Below are positions 40,069 to 52,100 of a DNA stretch of 64,000 nt, piece by piece. The notes under the pieces are model-generated. The model was not told the origin of the DNA, made no database searches, and saw only the letters and a list, made by a program, of their open reading frames with translations. Made by a program: the position numbers and the translations under genes. Origin of the DNA: Takakia lepidozioides (taxonomy: Eukaryota; Plantae; Bryophyta); contig CM060731.1 of NCBI GenBank assembly GCA_030704615.1, forward strand, positions 2,914,001 through 2,978,000. Reading direction: 5' to 3'. The number at the start of each line of letters is the position of its first letter. The first letter of the stretch is position 1.

Positions 40069-43000
40069 CATGAACTATGTAATGTGGTATGTGGATGACC
40101 ATGATTTGAAATGTGTAATTCACATCAATTCGTCGGCTGTGCAATGATATGGCCTCCAACTATACGGAGTGAGGTCTGAGTGACAACTTTTAGGTAGTGC
40201 ACATTTGTCATTGCACCGTTCGAAGTCTACATGTCTTGCTGTCGCTATGCACTACAATCATCTTTTGAAGATGATCATAACTCTCATTGTTATTTGAGGA
40301 GGGAGGAAGTCTTCTCGTGGCAGCCTTTATGGCGCACACTTTGTGAGGATATTTTGTCGTCTTCGTAATTGTAAAAGTGAAACAAACATTTGTAATTGCA
40401 CAATGTTGGATGCTGCAATTGTAGGCCTCAACGCTCGTCTTGATTCTATTTAGGCAAGATTCCCTGCATTAATTCCACGGTCATAGGACCATCCACGGTT
40501 ATAGGCGGCGCATGTTAATGCTGACGTGGCAGTTGACGGACAGTGCCACGTCATCATTTACCGCCACATCAGCATGCTGACATGACGCTCACGCCACGTC
40601 AGCATGTGTGCAGGCTCACGCCACGTCAGCTGGCGTGAGCGTACGCTCACGCCACGTCACTCCTGCGTGAGCGTACGCTCGCGCGCTCACGTGCAACGCT
40701 CACGCCATTGCGTCGTTGGTTTGAAGTGTAAGGGCGTCACGAGTTTCACTTTTTCTGAACTGAGAGAATGTATGGTAGGGCTGAACGTTACGATGCTTGG
40801 TGTTTAGAAAAGACTAGTCCATCATGGCATGTGCGGGGTGCGCATTGAAAGAAGTCAATGGATAGTGAGAGAGAACCTTTCGGTTCAGAATCTTTCAAGG
40901 TGTACAGAGTATCTAAACTAGCGATGGCTAGAAGTACAATTCATAGGTCCTCGTTGATATGACACTAAGATTATTGTGTACATAAGTCAGCAAAGGTAGG
41001 GTGTCGATTTGTACTAGAAAGCAGTGTGGAGTGCTTAGTTTATCAGTATGGTATGAAGTCGAGCTGAACTGATCCATAGTTTCAGACGTAGGTTGACGAT
41101 ATGATCTGATCGTAGAAGGTATAGGAAGCTGAACGCCCTCTTGCATGAATCTGAACCCACATTCCATCCCTGCTCCTTCAGCTATGAACCTGCCAAGAGA
41201 GTGCATGCCAATTGTCCTTCTGAACTCTGCCCCAGTGGACATGTATTGTCGCGCACCTCACTTCGGTAAGCTCCCCTTCAAGTCATAGTTACTCGCTTTG
41301 ATGCATGCGCCTAACTCCCAAACTGGCCGCCGGGCCAACTCGGAGCTTCGGCTGCTCACCAAGACATAACGGTCCCTCTTTGCTCCTCCAGAAATTCCCT
41401 TTGGTTGTTGGCAGTCCGGAACAGCTCCCCACACCTTGGTCGCTTTCCGGCTCGCACGCTTACTCACTAGTTTTTGGTCACCAACGGGCTTGCACCGTTC
41501 TCGGCGTTACTACTCCCTATATATACTTCTGTGACTATCCACGGGGGTCTCACAAACAACCCAGTCATTTCATGGCAAACCACCACGAAGACCCTCGATT
41601 CCCGGTGATGAGTCGCGGTGCGTCTTGGCCCACCCACCACGGCCCCATTGGACCGTGATGAGTCCCCAAGACTCCCCACGACTCCCACCACAAGGTCTCC
41701 GCCCCATGGTGAGTCCTATGTCACCCCCACTAAGACCCACTAAGGTACCACCACCCCTCGTGGACCCACCCCCACCGCAACCCGGTGTGCGGGGCTCCAC
41801 CTAGTGAGCGCCTCCGCCTCCTTGAGTGCCTTGGGCACTCAAGGGTGCTTCAGCCTCCGTACCTATGCCATTGCCCCCACCACAGGGGCAGCCCCTCTTG
41901 TGTCCCGACCCCCTGCCCTCATGGCAAAGGGTCGCGACACACACCCCCACCAACAGGGAGTCGATGTCCTCATCGACTTGTCCATTTTGTAGAAACTAAC
42001 ATCCAAGTTGTGGTGTCCAACATCAAGGAGTTTGTTTCCGTACCATGGCATCCCATGGCAAAGAACCAAACCCCCACTTGACTCTACTCTCCACTAGCTA
42101 GTTTGGCCAACTTCCTCCAAGTCCCGGCCAAGGGTGGAGCCTCTCAAGCTCCACCAAGTGCACTCTTCCTTGGGAACGATCCTCCCCGAGGATCGCATCG
42201 CCTTGCTCCAAAAACATTGCTTGCGACCACTCATGATGCCACTTTTGGCATCACCTTGAGCAAGGGTTCACCTTGAACCCTTTTTTACTAGGAAGATAAC
42301 CTTGAACCAACCGCGCGCCCCAATCACTATAATTGGGTCCGCCTGGGAATGCTGGCCTGAGATACGGGAACACGCCGAAGCTGCACTACGACTTTGTCCC
42401 AAGGTTACACGATTATAGTACGTGAACGGAAGCACGTAACTTCCGCGTTAATCCGCACTACAAGACAACCCCTCGGTAGCGCAGTTATAGTACGCGCACG
42501 TGCCAGGTGCGCACTAGCACGTGAACTCCCAAAGAAAATGCGAGTTTCCTTGCCCCTTGGATGGGAGTCATCCGATTTCGGCACTGCGCAAACTCACGAT
42601 TAATCCAATTTACCTCTCCCACTTTTGTAAGCTAGCATGCATTCTACACACTAGCCAACACTATAGGAAAAAGAGGGCCTTTGCGACGCCGCGGCCACAC
42701 CGCAGCGTGGGAAAACGCCCTTTTCGGGCACGCGGCAAGTGCAGAATTTGCGACGCCCGGCCGTCACCAGGCAGTCGCATGGGCGTCGCCAAAATGACGT
42801 CGCAAAAATGCGACGTATAGGGGTCGCGAGCCCCCGCCCCAACTCCCCCGACTGCCGGACGTCGCTTTTCAGGCTGTCCGCGCCGATGGCAGGGGCCTCC
42901 GTCGAGCGACGTCTCGCCGTCGCGGACCTCCAGCCGACGGCGTTGGTGGGGGCGCCGGTGCGGCATCGCATCCATTTTTTTTTCTAACCTGCCCAGGAGT

Positions 43001-43182
43001 CCCATCCTAAAATCCAAAAACACGTGGCGTAAGCCGGGTGGTACGCCAAGCGACGCCAGTGCGTCGCTACAAACGACTATTGGGTGTGGCAAAAAAAAAC
43101 AGCAGGAGCAGGAGTCGGACTCCGCCACACCCGGGCGTGGGTTTTCGCGATGCTCTGGCGTTGTTTTGTTTTAAATTTAATC

Positions 43183-43214
<32 letters not shown>

Positions 43215-44306
43215 GTGGCGCAGGCAAGGTGGCGGGCTCCGCGACGTCACGGCGTCGCGGCTTGCGACCCCTGGACCAAAAAAACACGTCGCAAGGGGTT
43301 TCGGGCGTTGCCGCCCGCAAATGGGTTTTGCGACGCCCGACCGTCGCGGCTTGCGACCCCCTCCCAAAAAGCACATCGCCACTGGCGACGTCTTGCAGTC
43401 GCGAGGGCAGCCTGGTGGGGGGGGGGGTCGGGGGTTGATTTTGGGGATGAATTGGGGTGGTTTTTTGTTTTTTGCCTGGTTCTGTTTTTGGGGATGGGGG
43501 ACCTTACAGTTCCATTCTCTGATTTAGCAGGTACACAATTGAGCAAGCATGAATCGAGGGTGAGGACGGTGCGACACATGAATAAGATGGAAGATGGAAA
43601 GATGGAAATATATTTACAGGAAATGAGCTGAAAAGCTCACAAGGGTTCAGTAGGCTGACCCTGGGACCTACATGGACTAGGACTAGTCATCCTCATCCTC
43701 ATTCTCAGTGGAGGACTCAGAGCTATCCGATGAGCCTGATGACTCCGCGCCCCTTTGCCAGAGCACCTAAATGAGGCGGCGTTCCCCTAAGTCCCACAGA
43801 GCTCTCATCCAATCCCTGGCCATGACCCCCGACCTCATCCATACTAGTGCCCTGTAGTGCACTCATCCCCTCCGTGTTGGCCATGTTCTTCATGAGGGAT
43901 TACCAACCATGCTCCTTGGCGTAGTTGTACTCTACCGGAGATGGCTTCCTCGCAAACGCGCGTTGCTACACATGCCACAAATTAAAGTCAGTTCTTCACG
44001 ATGATGGAGCCAAAAAGAAGACATAACAAAATCCATAGGGAAGTACGACTTACAAATCGCAAGATAAAACCCTTGGATCCGTCGGCGCCCCACTTGTGTG
44101 TGGATTCGTGCTTGTCAAGGCGGACTGTTGTTGCTTCGCGTGCCCGGTCAAATTTGGCCTTGTTTGCGGCATTAGTCTCTCCCGCAATGAGTGCATCCCA
44201 CGATACCTATGCCCCCCCCCCCCCCCAACAATTAGTGAATTACACACATACGTTGCATCGAATCCACCTCATTAATGTACATGCGACAAATGGAAGGTGA
44301 CAAGAT

Positions 44307-44712
44307 TCAGGATTTGCCAACCTGTGTAATTCCATAAGGTGGTTTGGGTATGGCCCCCTTTTCCATTGCCCTCCGAATGATCTGTCTGGCACGGTACCTC
44401 CTGTCCTTCAAGTTTCGCCCCACCATCTCCATTACCCTTGTGTCACTCCAATTGCCCGGAAACCGGTGGTCTAACTCACGGGCATACGCCCGCTTCGCGC
44501 CAAAGTGCTGATCAGCCCACTCAATGTGCAAAGGGAACCTCCTCAATGCGAGTTCGAAGGCTGGCTTCTTCATAGCATCCCAGAACGCACCGCAGGGGTC
44601 ACCATGGCGATTCACCTCCACCGGTGGCACCACGATCTTTGCCAACTCCACGTCCTGTTTCGCCAAGGGCATGTTCTTCTTCCCACCCTCTCCCTTCTTT
44701 GTAGCCTCCTTC
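44307..44712 (-). pseudogene. CACTA tnpA-like (Ptta/En/Spm-type) exon fragment
   Basis: VEVNRHGDPCG...IEWADQHFGAKRAYARELDHRF...MVGRNLKDRRYRAR...KPPYGIT resembles TnpA-type proteins and lies downstream of tnpD on the same strand. Confidence 0.6.
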
Positions 44713-44714
44713 CC

Positions 44715-47700
44715 TGTTAGGAGGTCTGGGACTTAGGCATTTTTATGGGTTCTGTGGAGTCTGGGACTTAGACACTTCTATGAATTCTGAGGGTTACCCT
44801 TAAATTTTTGAGATAGCCCGTCACAGCCCGACACAGTCACAGACCGTCACAGCCATACACAGCCCAAACACAGCCCGAAACAGCCGTCACAGTCTGACAC
44901 AGTCGCACAGTCAGTCACAGCTGTCACAGTCGTAAGGAACGGTTATCATGACAGGGAACGACTGTGGTGAACAACATCTGCCGGGGAACATGTAATTCAC
45001 GGAGGACGGTTAGTGAAGGAAAACAGTTAGAACAGGGGGGAAAGAGATAAAGCGGGGAGCGAAGACGGGAGGGGATCACTTTTTTTGGGGATGGAGATCA
45101 TTGCTGGGGGACTTTAGCCACGGAGATTACTCCTGGGGAAGGACTAAGATCGAAGGAAGGGAAGCTGGCGAGGAGGAAGGAGATACTATAGGACAGAGTT
45201 AGTACGAGATGTAGGATTACTTAGAGGGATAGATTAGAGAAGTTAGGACATCAACATGTATCCGATTATGATTAATCTGATTCTCATCCGATACAAACAC
45301 ATTGTGTTGAGAGACTTGAGTGAAGCTGTGTATGAATGAAATCAGGGGGCCCAAGAAGCAATCTGACGCTTAAAAAGATACCTGGTCATGATAAACAGGG
45401 AATATAAACTGATAAGGAATATAATTGGAAACCCAACAATGATTCACTAGCTGCAGGTCATGACTGATTGTTTCACGCGGGCTGAATGCTTAGAGATATC
45501 CAACTCTTCTATCTTGGAGTTTCCCCCTCGGATAGCGAAGGGATGGGTGAGTAAAAGCCGTGTAACATTTGGCGACCATACTGGGGAACTGAGTCATGAA
45601 CAACCAGATGTGACAGGCATCTGGTGGGATCATGGTGGTTGGAGGATTAAAGAATTTGAAGTGAATCAAATTCCCTGTGGAACGAAGGAAGAAAGATTGT
45701 CCAAACAATTCTTTCAAAGGTTCTTGGAATTGCCAGACGGTTGTAAAGAAAATATTCTTAAGCGAGTGCATGATGCTGATCCGGAATGGGGTCTGGAGAA
45801 AGGAGTGATAAAGATTTATCAGGTAGCCTGTAGAGGAAGAGCACGGTGGTTACCAACATTGGTTTATGTGATAGCCTTACTATCTATTAAGCGGGTAAGT
45901 TTGAAAGCTGGGAGGAAAGGAAAGTGAATGTTTACACTCATATGCATGAGGAGCTTGTATTGGTAAAGAATTGGATTCCAAAGGATATCTTGTGGATCAA
46001 ACTTACACCAAGAACAGCTTTTCAGACTTGTTTACCATATGGTTATATGGTAACGGAGACTTCCAGTATAGCCAGAGGTACATTGAAGCTGGAAAGAAAC
46101 CCAGGCATATATGAGAGATACTACAGGAGAGAGTTTTGGTTGTTGCCACACTAAAAGAAATGAAAGATATGGGACATGAGTGATGAAAGAGAAGCTAGAC
46201 TCCAAAGATATTCAGCAAAAAGAGAAAGTTATCTGAAAGCTCATTATCCATATCTGTGGGAGAGAGGAATAGACATTGGGGAATCATCTGGACCTCTCAC
46301 ACCATTGAGATCAGGGAGTACATCACCTATACCAGAGGAGCTAGAGTTGGATACCACACCTTCTTTTTCTTTGCAAGAAAGATTAAGGGACTTGGTAGAG
46401 GAAGAAGATCAACCACGAGGTGAAAGATCTGAGGTACATCCCTGGATAAAAGATTTGGCAGAAATCTTTGATAAGGGTTGGCATGGAACACCAAGAGCAG
46501 GAACTCCCGTTTCGGGAGCAGAAGAGGAGGATGCAGAACCAGCGGAGAGTTCAAACTCTCCAACATTATTACAAAATAGTTACATGAGTGAAGAAGAAGA
46601 AAACCAAGGAAAGAAATTGGAAGATGAGGAATATGAAGAAGTAGACCCAGCAGCTGAGGTTGAGACTACAACCAGGACATCCCAACCCGTTGGACCTGGA
46701 TCAAGTGGAGCACTTGGATCACAGGCCAACGAAGGTGTCGGCTCAGAGGGATCAGGCGAAAGACCTGGATCTGGCTCTGGGGGGACAGGGAGTGTGGAAA
46801 GTAGTGCAACTGAGGCTGGGAATACTGTGAATGTAGAAAGGCCAGGAGCAGGAAGGGTTCAGGGGCCAGTAATTGGTGGAAGAACCACCACAAATACTAC
46901 AGGTCCACAGGGGCCAGCATCAGCCAAAAGGCCAACAACTGTCAGGGGGCAGAGTGTAGGGTCGCAGATGGCGTTACAACCAACACGGGCTAAACCACCT
47001 TTTCCGATATATTCAAGGAAAGGGGATCCTGATGTACACATTAGCCAATTTGAGCACATGTGTATAGTGAACAATGAGAATGGCAATGATGCCAAGATGA
47101 GACTGTTTCCGTGTTCACTTATAAAGAAAGCCAGTGAATGGTATGCAAGATTCCCTGATAATCATTTCCTAACCTGGAATGGCTTGAGTACAGCGTTCCG
47201 AAATAGGTTCAGGACCAGTAAAACTGAGGATGAAGTGTATGGGAGTTTACAGCAGCTGAAGCAGAAGAAGCATGAAACTGTTGAAGAGTATATGGAGAAA
47301 ATGGAGTTGATGATGAAAAAGTTGGCTGCTATACCAGCACCAGGATTGCAGAAGGCTTGGTTTGTGAATGGACTAAGGCCAGAGTTGCAAAAGAAAGTAG
47401 ACATGTTACCCCACAATACAGTGGAGGAGGCATTTGAAACAGCAAACAGAATTGAGCAGTTGGGAATGCTCAGGAAGGAGAAAAGAGATGAAGAGGACTC
47501 TGAGGATGAGTCAGAAAAAGAAGAGGAGATGGAGCATAAGAAGAAGAGTAAAAAGAAGGAAAAGATGAAGAGGGAAAATTATGAGAAGAGATTAGAAGAA
47601 ATCTTGCAAAAATATGCCACAGAGGCTGCAACACATTGGAGGAAGGGTGTTTGGTGTGCAAAATGCCAGAATGAAGGCCACACCACTACTGAATGCCACA

Positions 47701-50700
47701 TGAAGGAGAAACACTGCACTATCTGTAAAATGGATAACCATTCTACAGAGAATTGTTACTACAACAGAAGAACAGCAGTAAGAGAGCCTAGGCAGGTAAG
47801 GGTGCATCAAGTGCAACCCCAGCCAAGAAGAAACAATGATCAAGACCACTGTGGTAGGACAGGTGGTTATAACAATGGCATGGAAGGAGAGGTAATCCAA
47901 GAAGGAATTACCAGGGACATCCCAGGGGTGGCTATCAGGGTAATCCAAGAGGGAATTACCAGCCAGGGAATCAGGATTACAGAAATAATCCCAGAGCAGA
48001 CCAAGGGCGAGGACCCAATGGAGAAGAACTGTGTTACTATTGTAATCAGACAGGACATCATAAGGCGGCTTGTCCATTCTGGATCAGACACCAGAATGAG
48101 ATGAGAGCTCCTGGGAATGAGGGGCCAGTAGTGGCAGCCCACATGGTTAGGCCATGTATTGTATCGGGAGTGAGTACAATGATAGTAACAAGAAGCAGAG
48201 CCAAATTAGTACCTCCAGTGGAAGATGAAGTTGATGATAATGAAGATGGCAATGATGTGCCTGAAGATGATGAGGCTTGGAGAGATGAGAAGGAACTGCA
48301 CAAGGAAGTGGCGGATACCATACGGGAAATGCAAAAGAGTACTGATATTCCCATGGTAGACTCCTCAGACTCTGAAGGAGAAGAAGAAGTCAGTGAGGAA
48401 GAAGGAAAGAGGGAAGCTGCAGAAGTGCAGGGTAAGGAAGGGACATTGGCTGAAGTGATATGCCAGTCCAAAGTGGAAATTACCATTGGACAGCTATTAG
48501 CTGTGGCACCTTATTGTAGACACAGGCTGTATCAAGCAATCAACAGGATTGCCCATTTGACAGAGAACACAGACCTGAACAGTAAGGTGACCAGTTATAA
48601 TGTGAGGCCAGAAGGGCAAGAAACAGTCATGGATTTTGATGATTCTATGCCAGTTATCCAGTTGAGAATTGGAAGCACAGAGCTGGCAGATGTACTGATA
48701 GATGGAGGCTCTGGTGTGAATATCATGACAGACCAATTGAGACAGAAGCTAGGTCTAAACAACTTGAAACCAGCCCCATTTACAGTAACCATGGCAGACC
48801 AAAGGAGTGTACAACCATTGGGATTGATCATTGGAGTTAAAATCCAGATTCAAGAGATGATCTTTAAGATCACAGTAACTGTGTTGAAGATGAATGAAGT
48901 CCTGGAAGCTTATTCCTTATTGTTGGGAAGACCATGGCTGAAACAAGCCAAGGTGTCTCATGATTGGAATTCACAGTTACTGACTGTGCAGGATGGGTTG
49001 AACAAGATACAAATCACCACTAAGAAATCTGAAAGACTATCTGCTACAAGAAGACCAAGAGGGGTCAGAGAGTATGATTGGAAAGAAGGACTGGATGAGG
49101 AACAGGAAGCTATTTTGTTCGCTGCACACCCAGAGTGGGAATAGGTTGCAGAGATGCAATTAGAAGGCCTGAGTTGTTTAAAAAGTATCTACTGTGGTGC
49201 AGTGACAACAACCCCAATTGAGGAGGAAATAAATAGTTACCCACCACATTTTTATGAGGAAAGGGAAGGAGAGATTGATATCCTAGAGGAACCAGCCACT
49301 GTAAGTCTACAGGATGAAATAGTAACTGGTTGGACAATCACAGCTGATGAGCAGGTGAGGGAAGTGAATGTGGGAACTGAGAAGGAACCAAGGATGGTGA
49401 AGGTAGGGGCGGATCTAGAGCCAGAATTCTTTGAGGAAGCAAAGAGTCTGTTCATTAAATACAAAGATGTATTTGCTTGGAGCTATGAGGATCTGAAGGG
49501 GATACCACCTGAGATCTGTCAACATAAGATTGAACTGGAACCAAGATCAATACCAGTTAAACAGGCGAGATACAAGATGAATCCCAACTATGCAGAGAAG
49601 GTTGGAGAAGAGATCAAAAAGTTGGCTGAAGCTAAATTTATATACGCGATAGAGTACACAACTTGGTTGTCACCCATTGTGATAGTCCCCAAGAAAAATG
49701 GCAAACTAAGAGTTTGTGTGAACTACAAGAAGCTGAATGCTTGTACGAGGAAGGATCCTTTTCCTCTACCATTCACAGAAGCAGTATTGGACACTGTGGC
49801 AGGCCATGAAATGTATTCATTCATGGATGGCTTCAGTGGTTATAATCAAGTACAGGTGGCAGAGGAAGATAAAGGAAAAACAGCTTTCATCACAGACTGG
49901 GGTGCTTATGCATACAAAGTCATGCCTTTTGGACTTTGTAATGCACCAGCAACTTTCCAGAGAGTTATAAGTGAATCTTTTCAGGAGTACCTTGATGATT
50001 TCATGCAGGTGTTCTTGGATGATTTCAGTGTGTATAGCTCTAAGAGTGAGCACTTACATAAATTGGAGTTGTGCTTGGCCAGATGCAGGATGAGAGGTCT
50101 GGGCCTGAATCCAGAGAAATGTACTTTCTGTGTGAACTCAGGGGTACTTTTGGGACACATAGTGTGTAAAAAAGGACTTCTAGTGGATCCCAGAAAGACG
50201 GAGGCCATTAAAGCCTCCCCACCTCCAGTAAATGCTAAGAGTCTAAGGAGATTCCTGGGACAAACCAGCTACTACAGAAGATTTGTCAGACGGTATGCAC
50301 AGATGGCAGCACCTTTGAGCAAACTTTAAAAAAAAGACGTAGTGTTTGCATGGACAGATGAATGTCAACAGGCTTTTGAGGAACTGACATTGTCAATGAC
50401 AACTACACCTGTATTGATTAATCCTCACTGGCATGAAATGTTCCATGTTCACTGTGATGCTTCAGGAGAAGCATTGGGAGCGGTGCTAGCCCAAAATGTT
50501 ACAGGAATGATAGATTCATCTGTGTACTATGCTAGCCGATTAATGAACAATGCTGAAAGAAATTATAGCACAACAGAAAGAGAAGCATTGGCAATGATCT
50601 ATGCAGTGAAGAAATTCAGGCATTACCTGTTGGGTAAGAAGTTTATGTTCTATGTGGATCACCAAGCTTTGATATACTTGGTAAACAAACCTCTGATAAG

Positions 50701-52100
50701 CGGAAGAATAGCAAGATGGTTGATAATCTTACACGAATTTGAGTTTGAGGTTATTTACAAGCCTGGGAGGCTGCATCTTGTGGCGGACCACTTGTCACGG
50801 TTATCAACAGGTGAACCAGCCACAGGAGTAGATGATCAATTACCAGATGCGAGCTTATTTGCCGTGGAGGTGCAGGGAAGTGCAGATGATTGGTTAGATT
50901 GGCAATGGCCAATCAGAAACTATCTTACTCATGGTCAATGTCCACCGAGTTATGGGAAGGAGCAGAGAAAGAGAATTGTTATCAAGGCTTTACCTTACAC
51001 TATGGTAGGAAGCAGAATGTATAAGCTAGGACCAGATGGAGTGCTGAAGCGATGCTTATACCACCATGAAGTTGATAAAGTTTTGGAAGAAATTCATAAA
51101 GGAGTGGCAGGGGGCCATTTTGGAGAAGAGACTACCAGTAGGAAGATACTACTTGCCGGTTACTGGTGGCCTACCTTGTTCAAAGATGTGCACAAGTATT
51201 GTAAAACTTGTGATGAGTGTCAGAGGCTAGGACCATTGCAGAGGTCTGGAAAGATGGCTTTGCATCCTACAATGCCTACTGAACCATTTCAGAAATGGGG
51301 ACTGGACTTTGTTGGACCAATAAACCCACCAGCCAAGAATACACAGAACAAGTATATAATCACAGCTACTGATTATACTACGAAGTGGGTGGAAGCTAAA
51401 GTTCTGAGGGACAACACAGCTAAGTCCACAGCCAGGTTCCTGTATGAGAACATACTTACACGGTTTGGCCGTCCCCTGGAATTTATCAGTGATCAGGGAA
51501 GTCACTTCATCAATGAGACCATAGAACTCTTGACTAAGGAGTTCATGATTGTGCATAGGAAAAGTACAACCTATTACCCACAAGGTAATGGACAGGCAGA
51601 GGCTACCAACAAAATACTATGTACCATCTTGGCTAAAATAGTCAAACAGAACAGACTGGGATACAAAGCTACTGACAGCTTTGTGGTCATACAGGACTTC
51701 ATATAAAGTCACCACTAAGTATACACCATTCCAATTAGTTTATGGTATGGAAGCTTTACTTCCAGTGGAGTTTTTATTACCTACTATGAGAACTGAATGG
51801 GGAAGAAGAATGGAATTGGAAGATTCAATTAAGGTCAGGAAACATGAATTATACCATATGGAGGAAGTACGAGCTGATGCAGCTGACAACATGACGAGAA
51901 TACAGATGAAAAGGAAGGATCAGTTTGATGAAGGGAAGTTGAAGACTTTCAAAACATGAGATTTGGTTTTGTGGTTGCAGAAGAAGGGAAAGATTAAGGC
52001 TTCTAAGCTTAAATCGCCATGGAAGGGACCTTATGTCATACAAAAGATGTATGATAACAACACGGCCATGTTACAAACCATTAACAAAGAAATACTGGGC
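44715..52100 (+). mobile_element. Ty3/gypsy LTR retrotransposon (non-chromovirus-like), 3' LTR missing
   Basis: gag-PR-RT-RH-INT order. A putative 5' LTR with (cacagcc)-type repeats lies at about 44715-45260 (limits uncertain). The integrase C-terminus abuts tnpD at about 52100. Confidence 0.88.
46176..52099 (+). pseudogene. Ty3 gag-pol polyprotein with frameshifts and stops
   Basis: gag GDPDVHISQFE...LFPCSL..ASEWY...TWNGLSTAFRNRF with CCHC knuckles; protease VLIDGGSGVNI; RT FMDGFSGYNQ and FLDDF; RNase H CDASGEALGAVL...YSTTEREALA; integrase HHCC and WGLDFVGP. Confidence 0.93.

Larger units (their letters stand above)
29392..40718 (+). mobile_element. Mutator-like DNA transposon (11,327 bp) with a 10-bp TSD and two divergent genes
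   Basis: Perfect direct repeat GTTTGAAGTG at 29382-29391 and 40719-40728. Termini are imperfect inverted repeats: CATGGATGCCTCGGCGTGAGCCTGTTCACGTGAGCGCG on the left, and CAACGACGCAATGGCGTGAGCGTTGCACGTGAGCGCG as the reverse complement of the right end. Subterminal GCTCACGCCACGTCA repeats and an internal MULE-type transposase are present. Confidence 0.9.
28541..42658. mobile_element. Unclassified insertion that interrupts gag and itself hosts the MULE
   Basis: Starts abruptly with CACTAGAAGC in mid-gag, has a GC-rich CCACGTGG-rich block at 28740-28940, and has decayed minus-strand coding-like sequence at about 40930-42260. No matching right terminus found. Confidence 0.35.

Noticed and set aside
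42651-43631. Overlapping ORFs at the CACTA left end
   Set aside because: By-products of GC-rich subterminal repeats and poly-A tracts.
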